Under the pieces are notes generated by a model that made no database searches, had not been told where the DNA came from, and saw only the letters and a list, made by a program, of their open reading frames with translations. DNA of 64,000 nt from assembly GCA_051294375.1 (NCBI GenBank), contig CM119263.1, positions 19,532,304 through 19,596,303 on the forward strand, given 5' to 3'. Positions 30,701 through 39,764 of the stretch are shown here, piece by piece; within the stretch, counting starts at the first letter, position 1, and each line of letters opens with the position of its first letter. A program made the translations under genes and the position numbers. The stretch is from Paraspadella gotoi. Taxonomy: Eukaryota > Animalia > Chaetognatha.

Positions 30701-33700
30701 GTTCTGAGGTATGGTTATTCAGTTCATGCTAATTTAACCTTGGTAAATTTTTTTTCATCCACCTTAAAGTTAAAGCGAGTGGTGACTTGTTTTTTAAAGT
30801 CCTTACAAATAGAAATTGTTTAGCGTAACCGTTAGTTTCACGATTGATGCAAAATTATGATGCAAGACCCAAGAGGGTTTTGACCTGAAATGGTTTCACT
30901 CCTACAACGTCATCTGGCATTCTTTTTGACAATCTTTTCTGATGTAAAAGAAACTGACAAACACTGTCGCTTTTCTTATAAATTTAACACAATTGTTATC
31001 AAAAAACAATTTTTTGAACGATAAATTAATGTCTTTTAAGCATTAGACATTTTGCTAGAAAGGCTATTCCTAAAAAGAAGACTTCGTGCCATTTTAAAAA
31101 TTTAACCTAATACTAATAATGGCAGTATCCCACTGCTTGAGTCCTCAATTGATATCTAAATACGTTCTATAAACGAGTTCAACATACGATCTGATTTACA
31201 CTGGGGGAAATCAATATTAATACTTTTGTCACCCTTAGTCTCTCTAGTTACAGTTTTGTGGCAAAAATTTTTTATAAAAAAGTGTTTAAATATAAGTTTT
31301 TGGGGCGTTCTCCATTACGTAACCAGTACATTTATTTTGAATAAACCTTCAAAAAAATGGTTTAGGAACATATTTTTTAACCTATTGGCTTATAGTGCAG
31401 GTTGGTTAAGGATAAATGTAAATTTGAATTCAAAATTAAACTTTTTTGTTGATTCGATTGATTGAAGTCGTTCTCTATCACTCAAATCAGATTTGCGATG
31501 TCGATTGCAACGGTGAACAAAGTTGGCAAGCCCATATTCGAGGAGTAAAGCATAAAAAGGTGATAACTTGGCAACTTTAAAATAAAATGATATTATTATT
31601 TTGGAGTAAAACCAATGAATTATTTTTTATATTATTTTTCAGAAAATGGCGGAGAAAAAGAAACCAGGAGGTAATTTTTTTATTAATCTTACAAAATTTA
31701 TTAGGCAAAACATATAGAATTTAAGTGTTAGGTCTAATCATTTTTTAAAGAATATAGTAGTAATACCGATAAATTTGTTATGAGTAGCCAATAATAATTA
31801 TCAAAAGCTTTTATTAATTATGATGAAATTTTAGGGGACTGCGTAAATCCAACGGACACGGTTGAAGCCAATTTTTGCCTGCTCAATGAGCCAATAATCG
31901 GTATGCTTTAAAGTTTTTAATGTGTTTTTTGCATTAGTTTAGGAAACTGTCATGCAGAGATTATATTATAATTATTATTATTTTTTTGCATCTTAATCAT
32001 CAGTGTTATATTTTATTTATCTCAATTTAGTTTTTGTCACCCGTCAAAGATATTTGGCGAGGTCCTTATTGTCGTCACTTGAGAGCATAATTTGTTAAGT
32101 GTCATAGTTAAATTGTATTTATTATAAATACACATACATACAGCGAGATTAAGTATCAGTTCTGCTTCTTTGTGACCCTAGTAGTCGTCGTTACGCTTCT
32201 TTACCATTGCAAATTATAAAAGTGTGTAAATGGTTGTCCAGCTTTTCTTTATTTCTCTCTCTTTTTCCCTATCTCTTTTTTGCCATCACCGCTTCTGATT
32301 CATCTAAAAACGAATTCAGCTCTTCAGCGGTTGTCCAACTTCTCTCTATCTTTTTTTCTCTTTCTCTCTTTTACTCGTACACTCATGTTTTATTTATAAT
32401 TATTCATCGCATCAATTATTAATTATCATCGCATCAATATTTGGTTATTATCGCATTAATATTTAGTTATCATCCCATCAATATTTGGTTATCATCGCAT
32501 CAATAATTGGTTATCATCGCATCAATTAATTATTATTATATCAATCCATTATTATTAAATCAATCAATCAATTACTATTACATCAATCCATCAATCAATT
32601 ATTATTATATCAATCCATCAATCAATTATTATTACATCAATCAATCAATTATTATTATATCAAACAATCAATTACTATTATATCAATCAATCAATTATTA
32701 TTATATCAATAATTCATTATCGCATCAATCTTTTTTTTTCAGATTCTTTTATCAATTTTTTTTATAGTAATGTCTGTCAAGATTTTATTTTATCATTGCG
32801 TCAATGAATGATTATTATCGCATCAATGATCAATTACTATTTATTATATACTATTTACATCAATAATTTTTTTTCAAGATTTTTTCAGTTTTCTTTGATA
32901 ATAACGTCTGGCGAGATCACTATACTTTAAGATTTTTTAAAATTGTTTTACAAGCCAGTTTTTAAAAAAATTTGAAAGTATTTGTTTACATCTAGAGAAA
33001 ATTTTATATTTATATTATCATTATTAAGCTAGTTTAATGACGATTTTATGATTAAGTATTTTTGTTTTTATAATTTTTCCAGTTAAATTTTTATGCATTT
33101 AATGATGTAGTATCAAAGGTCATTATGTCGCAAAAACCAACAATTGACCTTCCAATTGACGTTGACGTTCGCATACAATATAAATATTTATTCAGGTCTG
33201 CAATATATTCAAGAATCCTCGTATGAAAATGAAATACGTTATAATTGTCACCTTTGTGGACTCTCTACGCTGACAGTCCAAAGTATCAACAGCCACGTTG
33301 TTTCTGTTCGACATAGACGGCGTTACTTGGTAAGTTTTTAAAGAAATTTGACATGGATTTATTAAAAGCTATCTTTCGGTGGGAATTTTTCAAACATTTA
33401 TTTAGTTAAAAAATATTATTAAAAACAAAAAAAAATATTAACAGATAACATTGTTGTCATGTATATATAACTAAAATAATATTATTTTAAGGTTGTAGAT
33501 TTTTTGGTCAAAAGGAATTCTCAAACAAATGTGGATAAAATTATGATTTGTGGTGACGTTTCATAATTGTTTACTTAGCATCAATTTTATGTAGCAAATG
33601 CTAAAAAAAATTGTTTCGCCATCAGTAAAAGAGATAATTTATTGCTCAGATTTTCCCCGCCAAGAGACCTTTGAGTCGTGACCCGACTCATAAGCTCTGA

Positions 33701-36700
33701 AGGGTTAACCATAAATTCCCGGGTTCAAAACCCTACTGGAAGCTTGAGAACGGGAATAATTGATGAGGTATCAACTCCCGAAACCTGGTTCCGAACACAT
33801 GACCTCTTCCATGGCTTCTAGAGGGAGCTAAGAAAATTACAGATGGTCATCTACTGCCCACTGAGTGCCTCATCTACATTTATCAAATAAAGATCATAAA
33901 TATTTTCCTGCGATATTGATTTTTAGAAAAGTATTTATTAAAACTTTATTTAAAGAAATAATTATGATACGGGCCACTCGATTTGTGTGACATATACAAT
34001 ATTTGTGAAACTGACTGACCAAATATTGTCTTATAAATTTATTGTAGAAATTGAAGCATCCTGACTTCTGGAAAAATGTTATTTCGGCGGGATCAAAGAA
34101 CTCTCAACAGTCTCCAATGTGCCGAAAGTATGCTCAAGAAGTAGAGACAAAATTTGGACGAATGAAGATTCTTCGTCCTACAGGTTTTATATTCATAATA
34201 TTACATTACATATGCCGCGCAGTGTTGCTTTTACGTTTTCAATTTAATTTTTAGATCCACCGCCCGCTGATTTACCGAAAGATGGAATGGTGCTTGAAGA
34301 CGACGAGGAAGAGTAAGCTTTGAAATTCTTCATTATTTGGTATTGAGATTGAACGTTTTGTTTTTTCTCAAATTATTGTACTTTTATTTTCAGTTCTTTT
34401 GCTAAAAAAGTTTTGCCAAAGAGTCACGAAAATAGTGAAGAACAAGTAAAACCGCTTGAAGAATTAAATGCTTCCAAAAATTTATCCGTGTCGAATCCTC
34501 ATGATAACCTTAATGTTACCATGTCTAATCTTCAAGAAGGGAAAAATCTATCTGTTACTGGCACAACTTTGGACAGAGAAGCGCCTCATTACTATCGCAG
34601 AACTCCAGTGAAAGAATATGAGAGAATTCCCGATGATAAGCCTCTAGAACCGTTGTATGAGGAAAGAGGCCCTGTCCTTAAAAGATTTGACGATAGACCC
34701 TTGGCTGAATCTTTTGGATTTAATACGCGATATGATCATGAAGAAATTAATAGATCACGTGATTCTTGTGATAGGCGAGTTACTTACTATAGCCGCGATT
34801 ATGTCCGAAGAGATAATTATTTTTATGATCCTAATTTTGACGATCGCCCGTCATCTACGCTCTATTCGAGTAACATATCTCGACGTCGGTCACCAATATC
34901 ATCATCCTATTCAAGACGTAGATCTCGATCATATTCGCGATCCCGGTCGAGATCTCGTTCTAGAAACTCTCGGTCTAGATCACGTTCAAGACATTCCCGG
35001 ACAAGGAGATCAAATTCAAGGTCTAGGTCCAGACGACGCTCTGGATCTCCGAGATCCAGTAGATACCAAGCACAGTCACGAAATGAATTATATGAAACCA
35101 GAAGCGATCAAAATAAGCAGAAAGAACCTCTCTACGAACCCAGAGAAAAGTCGAGTAAACGCTCGCAGTCTCCAACATCTGCAGCGTTGGAAGTTATTGG
35201 CCCAAAATACAGACAAGTTGAAGTGGCACCGGGTGTATTTAAAATGATTAAATCAGATGATACACTTAATGTTGTTGCTTCTCTCATGGGACCCGAAGCT
35301 ATGGCAATTCTTAAGGACCCTAAAAAAGGAGATTTCAGTCCAGATATTATTGAAATTCCAGCTGATGAAGTTTATAATGAAAAAAAAAAGGAACAATATG
35401 AAGGGCTTTCTGAAATACAGGCCACAAAGAGTGAAAATTCAAATGAATTTTGTAGTCAGACGGTACCTGACTTATCTAAACTTAATATTCCTGCTAACTT
35501 AGATGTTCAAGGATTGCTTAATAGTATATCAAAAGTAACTAATGTCTCATCTCAAAATTTTAATGATTTTAATGTTGACTGGGGTTCTATAAAAACCGCT
35601 GCAAATACAGTAAATGTAACAAATTCTCTGAAAGATACCCAATCGGTCAATGTTCCCACGGCTATTCCTCGGGAGACAGTTAATTTTGAACCAGGAGGTT
35701 TAGATTTAGATAAAGTGAGGGAAGCAATGCAAAATATAGTAGCGAAAGATACGAAAATAGATTTTCATGACAATGAAACGACTGCAATACCGTCTAGTTT
35801 GGATGAAAGAATCGGCCGATTATTAGGGGAATCTTTGGAAGAAAGCTCGGCTGAAACCGTACAAAAAGATGAAGAGCTTCGTAAATGGAGAGAAGCTGAA
35901 TACTTTGATAGGATTGAAAGAGAAAAAGAAATTAAAAGAAGGGAAGCAGAAGAAAATGAAAGGCAGCTTGAGAAAAAACGAAAAAAAGAGGAAGAAGAGA
36001 AAAAGCAAAAAGCGCTTGAAGAAAAATTACGTGAGATGGAATTTAGTAGGATGAAGGAGGAGGAAGACAAAAAAAGGAAAGAGGATGAAGAAAGAAGAGA
36101 CAGAGAAATGGAAGAACGACGATTAAAGCGTGAAGAGGAAGAAGAAAGGAAACGATTAGAAGAAGCAGAAGAATTGTTTAAAATAGAAGAAGCGGCAAAA
36201 AAGAAATTGGTTGAAGCTCGAAAGGAAAAAGAGAGAAAAGATAGGATAAAAGCTGAAGTTGTAAAACGAGAAAATGAACGAAAAGAAGCGGCTCAAAAAG
36301 GAGAAGAGCAAAAAAACGATGAAAACGACGACGAAATGTTAAGACAATGGAGACAACAGGAGGAAAAACGGAGGTTGTTAGAAGAAGACCGGCGACGAAA
36401 GAAAAAAAGTGAAGAAAGGGTTGTGCGAATGTCGAAAACTATAGTCAATGAAAATTTTTACGATCCTTTTGAGCAAGATACTGACGATCGTATTATGGGT
36501 GAAAAATCTCAAGAGGTTGAGTATGAAACTAAGTTACAGACACAGGATGATGTTATGAAATTCATGGAAGATCTTCAAAAAAGTTTTCTTGCAGAAAAAA
36601 AAGAAGACGCTGAACCTCGACGTGTGCAGATTGCGGAAAAATCTTCAGATTCTCGTTTAGTTCAACTTTCAGAACCATCAGACGTGCGGCATGTAAGAAT

Positions 36701-37007
36701 AGATTCCCGATCGTCCTCTAAAATTAGCTCACAATCGTCTGAATTTCCAAAAAGAGCATCCATTTCTCGAAATTCTGGATTTTCAAAAAGTTCTGTTTCT
36801 CCAAAAATATCATTTGGAACAAAACAATCCAAAAAGGTTGTTGGTGGAATAAAAATGGCTGTAAAGGATTCGCTTACGCATCCAAAACTAAAACCTGTTA
36901 GTAGTGACGTGGTCGCAGCATTCAGGAACGCAGATGAAGATGAAAGTGAGGATGAAGAAGCAGCTCCTCATTATAGCAAAGGGTTAACTTTTAAATCTTC
37001 AAAATAA
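18762..37007 (+). CDS. Large (~2,200 aa) putative RNA-binding protein: Pro-rich N-terminus, acidic region, RGG boxes, five matrin/U1-type C2H2 zinc fingers, RS domain, charged coiled coil. Exons 18762-18843, 18920-19615, 19786-20107, 21469-21605, 21681-22331, 23078-23600, 25909-25998, 26483-27048, 27127-27381, 27607-27711, 27966-28058, 31491-31559, 31643-31670, 31835-31900, 33196-33329, 34048-34183, 34255-34312, 34394-37007
   Basis: Fingers FCDICKTTFDKIFKLNNHKKGLVH, FCKPCGAHLRTQQ|QWRSHVQSSGH, YCKACDRSFSTVQ|QWAVHARGIVH, FHCE|ICDVDCNGEQSWQAHIRGVKH and EPII|GLQYIQE…YNCHLCG…SHVVSVRHRRRYL|KLKHP are completed across GT-AG introns with matching phases; RSRSRSRS tract; one frameshift is needed near 19467. 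Confidence 0.8.
22375..23052 (+). mobile_element. HINE/DINE-1-like element copy C carrying a 22-bp tandem array
   Basis: CTCGCCAGACG (22378) … CGTCTGGCGAG (23021) subterminal inverted repeats followed by ATCACTATACTTTTAAGATT. Confidence 0.7.
22398..22680 (+). repeat. Minisatellite, ~13 copies of 22 bp CATCGGTGAATGACTATCATAG, grading into ATCAATMATTTGGTTATCATCKC units
   Basis: Head-to-tail units without spacers, directly visible. Confidence 0.9.
23641..23887 (-). mobile_element. tRNA(Leu-like)-derived SINE
   Basis: Minus strand: A box TGGCCGAGTGC, B box GGTTCAAATC, body shared with 25600-25761. Confidence 0.65.
24715..25761 (+). mobile_element. Second copy of the tRNA-derived SINE, split by a TTAA-flanked insertion
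   Basis: A box TGGCCGAGCGG|TTAA at 24720, B box GATTCGAATCC at ~25589, 3' body is the reverse complement of 23641-23790. Confidence 0.65.
24735..25551. mobile_element. Non-autonomous TTAA-specific DNA transposon (Kolobok-like termini)
   Basis: TTAA|GAGGAAAGGTCATTCA … TGAATGACCCTTTTTC|TTAA: imperfect 16-bp TIRs and a TTAA target duplication. Confidence 0.7.
26036..26419 (+). repeat. One complete ~324-bp unit plus a 60-bp restart of the dispersed hairpin-bearing repeat
   Basis: ATGAAATTGGTACAACCAATATAAAAATTATCCATTCATTTAATAAATAAGCTATCTTGC at both 26036 and 26360. Confidence 0.85.
28953..30141. mobile_element. Full-length Tc1/mariner-type MITE (~1.19 kb) with a nested ~280-bp insertion (~29553-29835)
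   Basis: TA|CAGGTGTTGGACCATATATCGAGACAAAA … TTTTGTCCAGATATATGGTCACACCCCTG|TA; the insert is absent from the 13.7-14.4 kb copy and has CAGAC repeats and a terminal AGTTGCT…AGCAACT hairpin. Confidence 0.75.
32050..32938 (+). mobile_element. HINE/DINE-1-like element copy D
   Basis: Shared core (GATTCATCTAAAAACGAATTCAGCTC…), ATCAAT/ATCATCGC minisatellite, end AACGTCTGGCGAGATCACTATACTTTAAGATTTTT. Confidence 0.65.
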
Positions 37008-37404
37008 TTGTATTTTGTAATCATTTTGTAGCTGTATCAAGTTTTTATTTCTTTCAATAAACTTATGTACCTTGTGTGTTTGACTATTTGTACTGGTTGT
37101 GATTGGCAAATGCACGTATTTTGAGTTGTTTATTTTTAAGAATGTAGTTTTTTATTTTAGTTCACAGCTAGTATTTCATATAAATTTAAAGGAAAGAATT
37201 GAATTCATTCAGATTTTGAAGCTTTTCAAAAAGAGAGCGAAAATTATCCCAAAATATTGTTCAAGTTAAGACACGATGAAAGTTAACGTGGCGAAACTTT
37301 CCCATGCAAATTTTTATAATATTTTTAAATCTGTGAGCTAAACTTGAAGCTTTATATTAATAATACCAGTTTAGAGATTGATAAAGTTTTTAGTTTGCAA
37401 CAAA

Positions 37405-37462
37405 TTTTATTTGTATAAAAACAGTTGTTTCGACTTGTTTTTCAAGCCTTCATCAGCGTTTA
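37405..37462 (-). ncRNA. Penelope-type minimal hammerhead ribozyme relic
   Basis: Minus strand CTGATGA-A-GGCTTG(AAAAA)CAAGTC-GAAAC-AACT-GTT followed by AATAAA; stem I is degenerate. Confidence 0.55.
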
Positions 37463-37602
37463 ACAGTTTGTGTTGAAAAGACAGTAATTATTGATATATG
37501 TTAGTGACAGAACCGTTCAATATAAGCAGTCCCTGAGCTTTGGATCAGGCTGTAACACCATGTTACAGGCGGGTTAAGCGCCCCGTCCCTCTTAACTGCC
37601 AG

Positions 37603-37705
37603 ACGACCACCGGGCTAGAACCCCGGACCTTTGGGTTGGGAGGCGAATGACTTGCCTCCGGCACCAATGGCCGCTGATGAACGGTTGGTGGATTTTAGTC
37701 CACCA
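37603..37705 (-). mobile_element. tRNA-Gly(CCC)-like SINE head or pseudo-tRNA; second partial copy at 38819-38918
   Basis: GCGGCCA TT GGTGCCGGAGGCAAGTCATTCGCCTCCCAACCCAAAGGTCCGGGGTTCTAGCCCGG TGGTCGT: acceptor stem, A box, variant B box; the anticodon stem does not pair. Confidence 0.55.
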
Positions 37706-38501
37706 TAAGACCAAACAAATAATTGCGGAAATAGTTGCAAAAAGTTAAATCACGGGACTTCGGGAAGCAAGCAGGTCCCCATTCTCGTGCTGAAGGCAGA
37801 CATTATTATAAAATTATTTACATTTTTGTAATTCACGAAAAGCCGGCTTTGATATTCTCAGACACTACCGACGTCCTTCACGGAGAGTTTCATAGATATT
37901 AGTTTTATTATTTATAGTAATTGTTCATTTTATGGCATTTTATAAAATATTCTTGATATATGAGTTGGATTGAAGTTAAAAAATTTTGTTGAAATGATAT
38001 CACAAATAGATTATATTATATCATGAACCATATTGGAACAAGTTTTTCAGGTATTATTATATACTTTGTGTATGTTATAACTTAGTGTGGTTGATGTGGT
38101 TGTGGCCGGTTTAATGTTATTGTTAAATTGTCCGCATTCATAATAGGTAAAGTACCGTCATACTTACTTTTTAAATGTAATACTTTGTCAATTAAGTTTA
38201 TATTTAGTAGGAAGATAAGGTATCTTAAAACTTCAATGATCATATGTATCATACTTGTACCATGTACAATCACGTGAACACCTCAAAAAGCAATCACAAT
38301 TCAATGCGGCATTATTCATATAGTTATTCAGTTGTTCCCTGACAAACTGGGAAGGTAAATGCTTTTGTGCATATGTTTCATACTTGTGTAGTGAAAAGGG
38401 TAATGTGGCATATTTTGTGTAATATTTGGTTCTGATAAATAATAAAAATCCTTTTCTGTTTTGAAATAATTATATTTTTAGTCTTAAATTTTAATTTTAA
38501 T

Positions 38502-38645
38502 TTTAAGGAGTATAACGAAAAATTCGTTTTTGAACAACAATTTATTAAGTTTATAAGGACATGTTTCGACATGAAGACTTTATAAAGTCCTTATAAACTT
38601 AATAAATTGTTGTTCAAAAACGAATTTTTCGTTACACTCCTTAAA
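38502..38645. repeat. ~59-bp-arm palindrome formed by two head-to-head Penelope-type terminal-repeat fragments
   Basis: TTTAAGGAGTATAACGAAAAATTCG…TTATAAGGAC / GTCCTTATAA…CGAATTTTTCGTTACACTCCTTAAA, with hammerhead pieces in the spacer. Confidence 0.8.
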
Positions 38646-39764
38646 TTTACACAAACAACAAAAAGGAAGATCGAATATAATCTTAACCTTTAATATTAAC
38701 CTGAAATGGGGCGCTTTTGAAAATGGTCCAAGCTTCTCGTTTCGTTTTTTCACCCCGTCAACATCGGAATACTATTTGAATTTTAATTGTTAGACTTAAC
38801 ACATTAAAATACTAAGCAACCACCGGGCTAGAACCCCGGACCTTTGGGTTGGGAGGCAAATGACTTGCCTCCTTCACCAATGGCCGCTGATGAACATTTG
38901 ATGGATTTTAGTCCACCAGCTTTCAATCAAGACTGTCTTGTTTATTCACTCGCTTCCTTATCAATGAAGTGGTATAATATTACAAAGAATGTTTCAATTG
39001 TATGAAAAGACCACAATGTTTCAATTGTATGAAAAGACCACTCCCTTAAGTATTAGATCGGGGAATACTATATTGTACTCCACCCAGCATCAAAATATAA
39101 GGAGCTGAATTTAATGAAATTGGTACAACCAATATAAAAATTCATGCATTTATACAATTCACCTGGAAATCCTCTCTCATTCTTTCGCTTTCTCTCTCAT
39201 TCTTTCGCTCTCTCGTCGCTAAATACGGTTCCGTTGATAAAACTTCGTTCTCGCGACATTCCTATTCCTTCGTGTTCGTTTATTCGTCGGGCGGGATAGG
39301 CTGAATCAGTTCTGAACCAACTGCTGTTATTTTTGAATCTGCGACCCTCGAGACACCGGCATAACAGTTATAGATACGCAGCTGTCGTCTTTAATGTTTT
39401 CCTAAATATATATAATGACACGAAATCAAATATTGTTATATATTATAAATTCTAATTGGTAAAATTTTCCTTTTTTATATCTTTACTCAATTTATGAATA
39501 TAACACAGTTTCGCGGAAATTCTTTAAAACAAGAAAAAAATTAGTCTGTCCCCTCCTGGAAGATTTCCTAATTAAGTTACGTTCGCTTTAAGAGATGACG
39601 ATAAAAACAACAAATTAGAAAAAAATAACTGCTTTTTAAACTCTTTTGTTTTGACTTGTTTTTTTCGTTTAAATTTTTTGAAAGCAAAATTCAATGAAGT
39701 AGCTCTAGAATTGAAATTAAAATTTTGTATTTAACTTCTCAATCATTTTAGTTTTTAACCGAAT

